Numbered from the whole stretch's first letter, positions 12,801 to 24,277 are shown. The stretch is DNA of 62,512 bases, filler included, from Bipalium vagum (GCA_037834085.1; 3 parts of 3 records of this genome joined end to end with filler, not necessarily neighbours in it); one strand, 5' to 3'. Numbers and translations are program-made. The notes: a model not told the origin generated them from the sequence alone.

Positions 12801-13927
12801 ATTTTTGAAATATAAAATATTGATTTTTAATTGTTGATCACATAAAAGTGAAGTGTCATTGTTCAGATTTTGTTTTAGATTTGAAATTAAAACATAAAAT
12901 ATCGATTATTTTTTAAAAATATTGATTTTGAAAAATCCATAACATTTGTTTGTGATTTTACAAAAGAACATTTTTATATTAAATTTTTTTTATTAGTAAA
13001 ATAATAATTAATAATTGTAATAATCAATAATTTAAAAACAATCAATTATAATTATCAGTAAAATATTAATAATAAATATTATAATTCGGTTAGTTATCTT
13101 TCATTAATAAATTGATATCATAAATTTTCTGAGTTGCACTGCCTATAAATGTTGTACACAGGTTTCAAAGACAAAGGAGTGACAGTGCTTCACTGGAATC
13201 ATCAATGGAAATCGATTTAAAGAAAATGATGAATACTAATAAAACCGAAACAACAATGGCCAGTCGATATCTTTATAAATTTATCAATGTCAAAGACGGT
13301 AAAATCAGCGCCAGTCGCGATTTGTGTCTGTCGTACTTTGTCGAAACCCAAAAGCACATGCAGTCGCTAATTCAAAAGCATGTTGACATCGATAATTCAC
13401 AAATCAAAATTGTTGCCAAACTCAACTGTCATTTGTCAAACTTGAATCGCTGGTTGCAAGGCCGGTTCCCTAATCCTTTGTTTTGCATTGTAGCAGAATT
13501 GTCCTCTGCCAAATGTCGTTTGCTGTTGGAAGAGGTCAACTTGAAATCTTTGAAGGATCCAAATAAAGTGATGAAAATACTCAACAAGGTTGAATCGGCG
13601 AAAATTTACTCAAGCAATGTGTAAGATTTCCTCTATCGATTTTGTTATTGCTATTATTATTTATTAATATGATTATTATTATTAATTTTTTTAATCATAT
13701 TTTCACGGAAAAGAGATTCATGACAAAATTTTTATTAGTAACGGTGAAAAACAATGGAAAGACATTCTTCCAAGGATATGGGAAGCTATGCAAATAGCAG
13801 TGAAAGAAAAAATGTAATTTTATTTTAAAACACTTGTCTTTAAAAAATAATATTATTATTTTCAAGATTCAAAATAGTTCTCTACAGTCATGTCGATGAT
13901 AGAATCGAATTTGTGGAAATTAAATAA
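834..13927 (+). CDS. GCN2: eIF2-alpha kinase GCN2 (RWD - pseudokinase - kinase - HisRS-like - C-terminal domain), ~33 exons
   Basis: Manually spliced GT-AG exons keep frame: 834-938, 988-1100, 1144-1243, 1293-1415, 1461-1502, 1559-1587, 1651-1808, 1861-2090, 2305-2484, 2549-2613, 2681-2792, 3789-3981, 4180-4280, 4354-4484, 5047-5267, 5346-5412, 5447/5450-5618, 7054-7302, 7373-7507, 7566-7775, 7858-8001, 8046-8182, 8943-9251, 9328-9394, 9452-9568, 10317-10484, 10540-10832, 11793-11937, 12052-12177, 12231-12466, 13162-13620, 13739-13813, 13867-13927. Motifs: RWD (EEIKALRNIF...DYPLSCP), SRIPREFELISKLGEGAFGDVVK, YAIKR, LNHENIVRYY, IQMELC, HRDLKPNNIF, GTALYISPE, KVDMYSLGII, HPRELIEAAFDIV, terminal IVLYSHVDD. 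Some internal boundaries are uncertain. Confidence 0.95.
5812..6980 (+). mobile_element. mariner element (Mos1/mauritiana-like), decayed near-full-length copy in a GCN2 intron
   Basis: TA-flanked TIRs TTAGGTGTGTAAATATGTAACC / GGTTATATTTTCACACACCTAA; frameshifted transposase motifs NAAESHRLLEETYG, CFEWFHRFK, SIWWD, FLHDNARPH, HPKYSPDIAPS. Confidence 0.92.
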
Positions 13928-14714
13928 AATTTGTCTTTTCTCTGTCTATTATTTTATTTTTTTGAACTAAGACCAACGAAAAATTGACAACCTTAATCAG
14001 GAACACGGTTAAAGTGTTGTAAATAAAAATTTAAAAATGTAAATTAATTATCACGCAAATTCAACATACAACCTTATAGCTTGACATATTAACTTTTTGG
14101 TCGTAATTACAAAGCGTATCTGTTTTTATTTTAAAGTTCTAAGTAAAAATTGGTAATTTTATATTTGTTTACAATTATAAACTTTGTATTAACGCTTCTG
14201 GATTGATATTGCATTTGTAGCTACACTCATAATAAAACTTTGGTTTTAAAAATACTCGTTTATTAGCTTTTCTGGGTAAAACTTTAGTAAAGGGCAGAAC
14301 TATACAATTTTTCAATTAATTAATATTAATAAATGCTATTGGTGGGTCAAAGAATCACGTTCTTTTTAATTTATATTTTTACAGCTCTAATATAGTTAAA
14401 GATTTGAATTTAGGATTAATTAAAAAGAAATTTAGAAATGAATTATTTTTAGTCAGTAAGTAAATTAAATAAGTTTTTATCTAGATAATTTATAACATTT
14501 TTCAAGTGGTTTCCCAGTAGTTTAAATGCATCTTGTCTCCGAATTTTCATTTATCAGAAACATTATTGTAAGGATTAAATTAAATTAATATTAAATAATA
14601 AATCAAATATTAAAATTTTAATCCTCAATGTAAAATATATTTTTTAAATAATTAAATTAATTTTAATAAAAGTTAGATAATTAATTTGTTTAAATAAAGG
14701 ATAAAAACTAACTA

Positions 14715-17700
14715 ATGTCGAGATAAACGCATTAATGAACCTTATGCGCGAAGCAATAAACCCTGTAATTTTCAAGAAAGGTGACGACATCGAAAAATTT
14801 ATTAAAAGTTGCACCAAATATTTTGCATGTGTTGATATAAATAAAAAAGAAAAAGGTCTGTTAGTGGTAGGAATAATTGATCGAGAGCTAAGGGAAGCCT
14901 ATGAATGCCAAGATTAATCTCTAGATTATGAAGATCGTCTGAGAAAGACAACTTTAATGCAGGACTTAGAAGAAGCAAAAAGTACAAAAGGATAGATGCG
15001 AATATCTATTTGTACAAGAAGAAGATCGAAGGATTAGTCAATAAAATTTTGACGCATACGCTGGACAAATAACAATTAACAAAGGAGATCATTGTTAATA
15101 GTTGACAAGATTTAAGAATTCAAACGAAAATTAGGAAATTCAGAAGATATATTCGAGGCGATTAAAACATGATTTGAGCGAGACGGACAACATTAATGTA
15201 GTTCAGAGTTAGAGTCGTGTTTTAAAAAGGTCATAAATTAAAAACACGGCCAGTGAAAGACCACGACCTCAAAAAGTTATTCCACATAGAGTCAGAAATA
15301 AGGTGACTTGCTAGTATTGTCAAAAAATTAGGTTACATAAGTCGAAGATGCCCGGAAAAAAGAAGTCGTGTTATGCATGTGGATCTGATCAGCACCTGAG
15401 AAGTCAGTGTGAAAGGATAAGATGTACAAGATGTGATAGGAAGGGAAACCGTACAGAGGAATGTTACATAAATCTGAGACAGCGGCCTTACAGGCAAGGA
15501 AATGACAACTTATTTTTTAACCGAATAAGCATTGAAAACAGAAGATATGATGGAAACAACGGGTTTTTAAACTTTGGTAGAAGGACAGGAGGTAATAATG
15601 GATATAAAAGAACAAACCACACCGGATACGTAAGTGCGATTGCAGAAGAAGAAGAATATGTAACAAGAGGATACAAGATTTACTATTTTAATAAGGAAAC
15701 GAACAGTTACAGAAAGGAATCCCCAAAAGTTCAGTTGATTAAAGCTCTAAACTAGATACCAGTTCAGATCGCAATATTTATATTTATAATAGAAGTAGTT
15801 TTATCAATATTATAAAAGACAAAGAGAATGTTGATAGAAAGGTATATTCTTTCATAAAGAAAGATAGTTGCAAAAAAGATATGAATGATGAGCATAATGA
15901 TAATAGAATAATTGCCATAGAATAGACCCATAAAGTGAAGATAAAGTAAGACATTATGCAAGGTAGACTTAGTGTTGAGGTTAAAATTCGAGGAAAGTGC
16001 TTTGAATGCTTATTAGACACAGGAGTGAAGAGAAATGTGATGAGCCAATATATACAATTGCGTCCATATGTTTTTGGCCACTCTGTAAATATCGAAATAA
16101 TTGTAGATTACAAATTATATTGAAAGTTTTATGATTTGAACAACGTTAATTTAGAAATATGTTTATGTTAGCTTTAAAACTCATTAAAAAATTATTGCAC
16201 AACTATTAAAATTGATTTGTTATCTAAAGGCGTTTCTTAAATTTTGATGTGATTTAAATATATAAACTATTTTAAGGATAATTTTTTAAAGTAAAATCTA
16301 TATGTACAACAATTTGCTAATGCTTAAGTAATATTTTTTTTAATTTTAGAAATTCTTTTGTTAAATATGGATAAGATATCCATAGATATTCGGAAACAGG
16401 TTATTGAGAAATTGAAAGAGGTTTTGTCCCCAGAAAACAGCTTGTGATCTTTTTATCAATTGGAAAACAAGCCAAACTAACTCACTTAGTACTGTGAAGC
16501 GCATTCTGAGAAAGTATGGCTTATCCGGACGAATTGTAGCGAAGAAACCATATTTAAGCGAGTGACATATAAAAAATCTTTTAAATTGGTACAGAGATTA
16601 TAGCAAACTGCTTCTTTCTTTTTGGAATGAGGTGATTTTTTCTGATGAAAGTCACACAGAACTGTTCTCTAGAAGAAGACAATACGTCCGCAGTACTGTT
16701 TACAAGAATGTCATTTGACATAGCAGCAGCGCCAGGAACGTTCCAAGAACTAATGACGAAGGTATTGGATGGTCTAGAGAAAACAATGGTATATATAGTA
16801 ATTCCAGAAAAGTGCAACTTATTACGGAAAGAAGTACTTAACTACTTAAGTAGTTTGGATATGGATTTGATTTATAGACAGGGTGAAAAGCACACCAATG
16901 CTGATATGCTTTCAATAATTAAGCGCGAAATGTGTTGCCAATGTCAAATGCACCACAAAGATCCGAAGACAGAGAAAAAAATCAAGGCAGATAAATCAGA
17001 TGATGAAAATAAGTAGATGTAAATGGCAAGACAGTGTAGCGGAAATCGAGACGATAAAAAAATATTCTGGAAGAAAACGTTACGAAATTTAAAATGGAAA
17101 ACGATTTAGTGAAAACAATAGAAACAAGGATTTGGATGATAAAAGAAATGCATGTTTTATTAACACATGCTGCAACAGAAAAAGTCACCAACTACATTAC
17201 CAATAACTATGACATGGAAGACCTGAATAAGATCACGGCAGAAGTAATAAAACAATGTATGCCTTGTCAAAAGAATAAAGTAAACACCACAGCAACGAAA
17301 GAAGCTACAATCATGTTATGTGCAGAATGTCCATTTGAAAAAATTTATATTGATATATGTGGATCATTTCGAGTAATAGTGGAAAGGCGAAAATATATAT
17401 ATGTGGAATCAGCAAACAGATTGAAGAGACTATAAAAAAAGTGATAATGGAAAAATGGATCCTGAGATTTGAAGTACCAAAAGAAGTTCATGTAGACAGT
17501 GGCAAGACTTTTGAATCAAGAAGCTTCAGAAACTTGTTAGACTCAATGAATATAAAACTATATGTCTCGAATCAGTACCATCACAATACGAATGGAATAA
17601 TTGAAAGACAATTTCGTACGATCAGAGATTGCATTTACGCTATATCAGATGATGGTAGGTGGGAGAATTGGAGCTCGAAGTTACCAGATATTGAATATAT

Positions 17701-17930
17701 GATAAATGCAACAAAACAAAAGACATTGGGAATCTCACCAGCAGAGATGATATTCGGAAGGAGAATACACAGAGAACAATTGTATTAAACCGAACGAGTT
17801 GACGATGAGCTTAGGGAAAAATAGCCGACAAAAAGACAGTTCCAAATCTGAGATGAAGTTCTGGTAAAGCTTAAGGGAAGATCAAAAGACAATGAAAGAT
17901 ATCTAGGCCGCTATAATTTTACGGAAAAGT
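14715..17930 (+). mobile_element. Ty3/gypsy LTR retrotransposon internal region, decayed (gag with three CCHC knuckles, protease, RT/RNase H scraps, integrase)
   Basis: Knuckles CYACGSDQHLRSQC and CTRCDRKGNRTEEC plus a broken one at ~15305; protease CLLDTG (~16005); RT FTRMSFDIAAAPGTFQELM; RNase H end IYRQGEKHTNADMLS; integrase HHCC (H-LLTH...CMPCQ) and D,D,E (IYIDICG, HVDSG, NGIIER); multiple stops and frameshifts. Confidence 0.9.
16055..16652 (+). mobile_element. Tc1-like transposon 5' fragment nested in the gypsy protease
   Basis: TA then TIR-like CAATTGCGTCCATATGTTTTTGGCCAC; transposase remnants MDKISIDIRKQVIEKLKE, STVKRILRKYGLSGRIVAKKPYLS, WNEVIFSDES. Confidence 0.85.
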
Positions 17931-18799
17931 ATTGAAATTTATTACTTTTTCAAATTTTTTGTTATTTAACAGTAAGATATTATTTTAATTTACATGGTTG
18001 TAGTTCTGTACGTAGAAGAATTTTAATGTAAACGATTGTTTTTATAAAATTAATATTGTTATGTTTGTATATTTAATTTTTGATATGAAAATTATTTTTC
18101 TGGAAATTAAAATTAAATTATTTGTTCATCAAAATTTACTTTTTTCCTATTCTACAATTTGTACGTTTATCACATTGGTAAGAAAATAATTGCTTTTAAT
18201 GAGTACACTTGTTATTAAAAATCTGAAATACACAACTTTTAATATAAGCAATACATTTCAACAAAAGCAAAATGATCTTATTTGAAATATGTTTGGTCTT
18301 CTAAAATCGATAAACTTATGAAAGAACATCTCTGTAGTTTTTGAGGCTTTTACAAAATCTACTTTTCATTACAATTCTAAATAATAATTAAATAATTCTA
18401 ATAACTCATTATTAACATATCCATTAGTCAATCATCAAATTCTTAACATAATTAAATTAAATTAAATCTATAATATTGTGTTAAATTAAAGTAATTTATA
18501 TAATAAATATTAATTAAAATTATAAATTATTTAATCATATTAAGGTTAGTTGTATAAAAATCATTAATTATAAAATTCCAAGATATTTTATAAATTTTTT
18601 TATAAAAAAGTTAATTCACGTATAATCAATTTTAAAAACACGATGTCATTAAGCATAAATAAAATATTTATTTTCTTTAAAAATGTTTCATTAATTTTTA
18701 TAAGAAAAGTACTGAGATGTGTTGACGAATCAATAATTACACATGTGTCTACGCAATACAAGTCAGAGTTTCACATCAGCTGACATCTTATCTCGGGTC

Positions 18800-19070
18800 G
18801 TCAGATCAACTTAAGTCTTCATACCTACCTCGTGATTTCTTTAAAATATCTCGATGATCAGATATCGACGCGACTATCAGTTACACTCTGAATTTAAGTG
18901 TGTTTATTCTGAGAAGATCTTTGTCCTGAGCACGTATTTTTAAAGCGATCATCAGTTTTGAAGAGGAGTCCCAAACTCAGTAGTCAATTTTGGAGGCACT
19001 GACTCTACCAGCATCATACATTGATGGAAGCTTGGGATCATGGGTCTGCAGAAGATTAATTTGACGGATC
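18800..19070 (-). mobile_element. non-LTR (LINE) APE-endonuclease remnant
   Basis: Minus-strand frame with stops reads ...SASKIDY*...ASISDHRDI, matching the IDY and SDH motifs at the APE C-terminus. Confidence 0.5.
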
Positions 19071-19817
19071 CAATTATTATTTGAAGAGTATGGATTTTTT
19101 ATTTGTTATTTGCTTATTATTATAATACAAAAATTCTAAGAAAAATCTTGTTCTGCTCAGTCGTCTTTGACATACTTATTCCGTCTGAGAAGATTTTTTT
19201 CTTTTGTTTATTTGTTTGTTGTAATTCTTATTATATGAAACCAACAAAAATACAACGAATCAGACGAAAATGATCTGACTTCAACAAAATCATGATTTGA
19301 ATTTTATCTTCATTATCATTATTTAAATCTAACTCGAGATGGAAAATGTGATGTTAAAACTGCAGATTATTGTATCTTTACTTTATGGGAACAAATTCAA
19401 AAAAAGCAGAATCGCTTATTAGTTTATTGTTTATTCAGATTTGAGTATTTATGTTTTTTTATATGAATGTACAATTCATAATAAATTTATCAAATAGCAG
19501 TTCCAGAATTAATCCTTTACTTATTAAGGTTATTGTGTGAAATATTTTTTAATTAATCAACTAAATACATTAACATGTATTATTAAAAGTGAAGAATTAT
19601 TGCTATATTTTTTGTCTTGTTTGATTAGGAATTTTTAAATCATTCGTTATACAGTTATATAATATATACATCTTTTAAAAACTTTAAATGATATTTCTTG
19701 GTTTTGTTTATTTAATTCAATTTTCATTATCCATTTTACAATATTTTAAAATTCAAACGTGCTTCTTTAAATAATCTTTATTTTATATCCTATGTTAAAT
19801 TAAAATTATATATTTAG

Positions 19818-21011
19818 GATAGTGTTGAAATATATCGAAATGAGGACTACCTTGTCAAAAACTATCAAGTGTCTAGCGGAGATAGGATTTGTGAATATTA
19901 TACCTTAGTTTTACATCAATCTCTTAGTTACACTAAATGTTTTGTTGTTTCTAATTTAAATGGGGAATTAATTACTTATCACGAAGAAGAAAATAATCTA
20001 GTAATATGTGATTAACTATTCAAGTGTTTTCTATACTTCTCAATTTAGATCACTAAAAAAGACGGTTACAAAGAACTGGTACCTGAAGAATTGATAGAAA
20101 AGGCATTTGAATGTATAAAATGTTCAGTATCGAACTTTAAGTCAATGGATTACGATTCATGTGTGCGATTTTATTGAATAATTGAAAACGACATTAAGTG
20201 ACATTTTGTTTAAGAAAATAGCGTGCATGAGTATCTGTACCCATCGCAATGTGGCCGTTGCCTGGAACAAAAAGACTGGTCAATCTTTATACAATGCTCT
20301 TGTCGAAGAAGACCGGCGTTGTGATGATACTTGTCAGAAACTTATCCAGAAGTCTTGGAGAAAGTCCAGGACTAACTTTCAAGTGCATTTCTTATGTTGT
20401 TTTAATGTAATGATTCTTGTTCCAGCATCTTTGTGGATTGCCAATTAGCACAAAATGGGCAGGAGTTAAGTTTCGGTGGTTGTTGGACAACATTGGTAGC
20501 GTTCGTGATGCTCTGCGCGACGGTGAATTGTGCCTTGGCACTCTGGACTCATGGCTGCTTTGGAAACTGACTGGTGGAAAGTCATATTCAATCGATTTGA
20601 CAAATGCCAGCTATACGATGCTCATGAATTTGCATCGGTGCTCCTGGGACTCATCGATCTGTAAATTCATCGGTATCGATCTTTCAGTGCTGCCAGACAT
20701 CAAAAGTTGTTCGGAAATCTTTGGGACTATCGATTTTCAATCACCGACTGGAATGGGTGGCTTAGCAATCACGGGAGTCATTTGCGACATCAAAGCTAGT
20801 GTTATTGGACATCAGAGCACCAAGCCAGGTTCTGTAGGAGTACATGTTGATCCTGAGTTGGGTTCCAGTCACGTTACGATCACAGTTGGCGATGAGGTTC
20901 AGTTTTACCGATATTTGCTAAAAAGCGTAGGTTACGTTTTGAGCACTGTCTCATATCAGTTGGGACCAAAAGCCAATGTCATATATTCTCTCGAAGTATG
21001 ATAAAAATAGT

Positions 21012-21071
<60 letters not shown>

Positions 21072-21938
21072 TGATAATAATGATAATAAACCAGTAATAA
21101 ATGATATTAAAGACCAATATCATTTTTCACTGTGGCTGTGTTCCAGGCTACTCTTTACAACAGCCAAAACTTGTTGTCATGGTTCCGGGAATGTCTGCGT
21201 GTCTCATCAAATCCCGATGATTTGGATAGTGTTGTCAACTCCGTCTCAGATTCCGATGGGTGTTTCTTCATTCCGACAACGGGAGCGTTCCATAGTTCCA
21301 TAGACCGATGCCAATATCGGCACGTGAATTTGTGGGGATTGAACCTGACGACATCACGACCGGGCCATGTTGTCCGAGCTGCTTTAGAAGCCGTTGCCGT
21401 TGAAGTTTCGCAATTCCTGTCAACAGTAGCCCACGTTGTCAGCAAACCATATGATATTTTGAGTGTTGGTGGTCGAGGACTAGATCGTGCCGATTCCTTT
21501 TGTCAAATCATGGCCGATCACACGGGGCTCAAGGTTGAGCGGTTGGCCATGTCGGAGGCTGTGATTTTGGGTGGTGCTTTAGTCGCCGCCATTGGTGCCA
21601 ATCTCGATCCGTCGGGACTGCAGGGTCCGATAAAAGAAGGGTTTCCGTGTCTCATGGTTCCAGGGGAACGCAAGAAACGATGTCGACAGTGGACGAGTCT
21701 TGCCAATGAGCAAGAGCTGCTCGATCATCGGTTCTGGATTGGGGGGGATGATGAGGTTACCACCGGTTACGACCAGCCCGCAGGTATTATGCATTTAAAA
21801 AACCGAAAGTATTTGTCGGGGGGGAACCGTAATTTTGCATTGCGTGCACTGGCAGTATTGATGATAGGAACTCCGTTCACTTTAATCGGGTTTGGAGCCG
21901 CTTTATTAATTAGTCGATCTAGATTTAATATATTTTAA
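19818..21938 (+). CDS. glycerol kinase-like (FGGY family) protein with degenerate catalytic motifs and C-terminal TM anchor; start codon not in the first recognisable exon
   Basis: Exons 19818-20000, 20049-20162, 20215-20382, 20426-20995 and 21147-21938, all phase 0 and open (~608 aa). GK motifs: AWNKKTGQSLYNAL, GVKFRWLLDN, GTLDSWLLWKLTGG, DLTNASYTMLMN, YSLE, HVVRAALEAVA, CQIMADHTG. Confidence 0.88.
21013..21068. repeat. (AAT)n microsatellite inside GK-like intron 4
   Basis: ~18-19 perfect AAT units. Confidence 0.97.
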
Positions 21939-22858
21939 CAGTTTATCGGGTTTTTGTATTTTTGATATATTAGTTTTTCTAGAGATAGATTTAATAATTC
22001 AGATAGTGGAATGATAAAGGAATTTTAAAACACTTCATCTATTTATTTTTGTATAATAGAATTGAACAAAGTGTTGAAATACTTTTATATAGATTTTACG
22101 ACAAAGTGAATTCAAAATTTCGTAGAATCAAATATATTTCATAGAATTGTATAGAAGTGTTTATATATTTATAACAAATATATTTTTATATTCTTATACC
22201 GAATTATTTGAATCGAATAAAAATTTAAAAACTACAAATTATAAGTAACTGTTAATAGAAACTAAACCAGTTAGAAAATGTTGGTAAGTAATTTAAAATA
22301 AAGCACTGTTCATTTATAAATGGTTTTGAGTTAAATATTCGCGAAATGTAATTTAATTTTAGCAATAAACATTAAACATTTATATGTTCATGTGCATTAT
22401 GTAGGTATGTAAACTTACGAAAAGTAGAGGAAATGAAAATTTTTAAATTGTATGTTACCTACTTTAAAATTGAATATACCTATATATACCAATACATCAA
22501 TTTTATATTGTAATTAAATTATTAATGGAGAATGTAGTTCCAAAATGATTTATAAATTCAGGTCTCGAGTATTTCTATTTGTTTTGATTCTTCAATTTTA
22601 TATAATAATTCAATTTGTGCATAAAATGATAAATAAGATTAAGGGACAGTTGATTTTAATTTTGCATGTTTAAGCTTAATGTTAATTTGGATTTTTTATT
22701 ATAATGCTTAAAAATTTAAGTACCGTGTAAATGGTAAATGATAAAAATGAAAAAACAAAAAAGTAAGATTGTGAGGTCTCCAAATTTTAGGTTAATTTTC
22801 GAATTTAATTTTCTAGCTTTACTGTTGGAAATTTACAAATTTATATACTATTAAGGTA

Positions 22859-23300
22859 CAGTATAACCTCTAAATCCCCATCGCTGTATTCTTCTGCTCT
22901 CTGTAAACCACCAGTTTATAGACCTTTATTTTTAAAATTTCTATAATTTGTCAATAAATTTTAACAATAATAACATAATTTACATAATTATATATAAAAT
23001 ATTTCGAGTTTTTATTTTATAGAGGTTTTAATTTATTTAAAATTTAGATAATGAATAATAAAAGGAAACGTAGAATTATCAAAAATTGAAATTTCAAGAT
23101 ATTACAACAATAATACAATATCTGATAATAAAGTTGGAAATATCTGTTCATTGAAATTTTAATACAAACAATAAATTAAATTCTAAAGAATAAACGCAAA
23201 ATTTTAGAAAATTCCGAATTTAATACAAAGCACAGAATACCAATGTTCAAATATAAAAGCATCGACACTCTTCTATCATACTGGATAGACAACTTATGTA
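22859..23300 (+). mobile_element. pogo/Tigger-like transposon 5' remnant
   Basis: TA + CAGTATAACCTC terminus; CENP-B-type HTH remnant NNKRKR...KNKRKILE...KYKSIDTLLSYWI. Confidence 0.6.
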
Positions 23301-23334
23301 CAATTCTTACTGATAACTTAATAGTTTAAAAAGC

Positions 23335-24093
23335 TTACATATGATTGGAAAGTCATATAAGGCTACTGTCTGGATACCCCATGAATTGACCGAAAAAATG
23401 AAGCTGTTAGACTATCTGTTTGTCAATCACTGATTCTAAATAACAACGGTGATCCGTTTCTTCAAAGTATTGTCACGTGGGACGAAAAGTCAATTTAGTA
23501 CCACAATCATAAAAGACAAAAGCAATGATTATTTCCAGGTGAAACCTCGATTCCAACACCAAAACCAGGTCTTCATCTTAAAAAAGCTATGCTTTGCATT
23601 TGGTGGGATTGTCATGGGGTAATCTATTGGGAATTGCTCGAATCAAATCAGACAATTAATGCAACAGATCAATTGGACAAATTAAATGAAAACTTGATTA
23701 AAATTCGCTCAGCTTTATTCAACAGGACAATGCCAAGCCACACACCTCGAAGATCACATAAAAAATGAAAGACTTCGGATGGGAAGTTATGGCTCACCCA
23801 CCATATAGCCCAGACATTGATCCAACAGATTTTTATCTCTTCAGATCTTTGCAGCACTTCTTGTCTGGAAAAAGATTTCTAAATGAAGATCAGATCAAAA
23901 AGGAGATCCAATCATTTATTGACTCTAAATCTTCCTCGTTCTTTGAAATAGGGATGAAATGCTTGGTTGACAAGTGGCAGGCTATAGTAAAAAATAATGG
24001 CGATTATGTGATTGATTTATAATACATTCAAATGTAAAAATTTGTAAAATAAAATTTTGAGATAAAAACGAGATTACTTTCTGACTCACCAAA
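23335..24093 (+). mobile_element. mariner transposase remnant (3' two-thirds with right TIR)
   Basis: WIPHEL, IVTWDEK, MLCIWWD, HPPYSPDIDPTDFYLFRSLQH, NNGDY; terminus ...CTGACTCACCAAA-TA. Confidence 0.9.
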
Positions 24094-24277
24094 TAAATTA
24101 AATTTTGTACATAAGACAAAAATTTATTCAGTGAAAAATTTACCATTTGAACCAATTGTTTACTGTCAACGGTCAAATAAAAAGGAATTTTTGAAAAAAT
24201 ATTTTTTACGGGTAGAAAACCCTAAACGCTCAAATTATTAGAAGCTTGATTGATGTGACTCTGATTTTATTTAAATG

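Noticed and set aside
13410-13495. Possible hidden in-frame or GC-AG intron in GCN2 exon 31
   Set aside because: The frame stays open either way; it cannot be decided without cDNA.
834-13927. Stop-codon reassignment or readthrough to explain fragmented ORFs
   Set aside because: All host-gene interruptions resolve as GT-AG introns under the standard code.
19090-19430. Interrupted frame with a hydrophobic stretch upstream of the GK-like gene
   Set aside because: Contains stops, no recognisable family and no consistent splice solution.
19840-19908. ATG-initiated MRTTLSKTIKCLAEIGF as the GK N-terminus
   Set aside because: Out of frame with the GK motif; splicing GT 19891 to AG 19927 gives an immediate stop.
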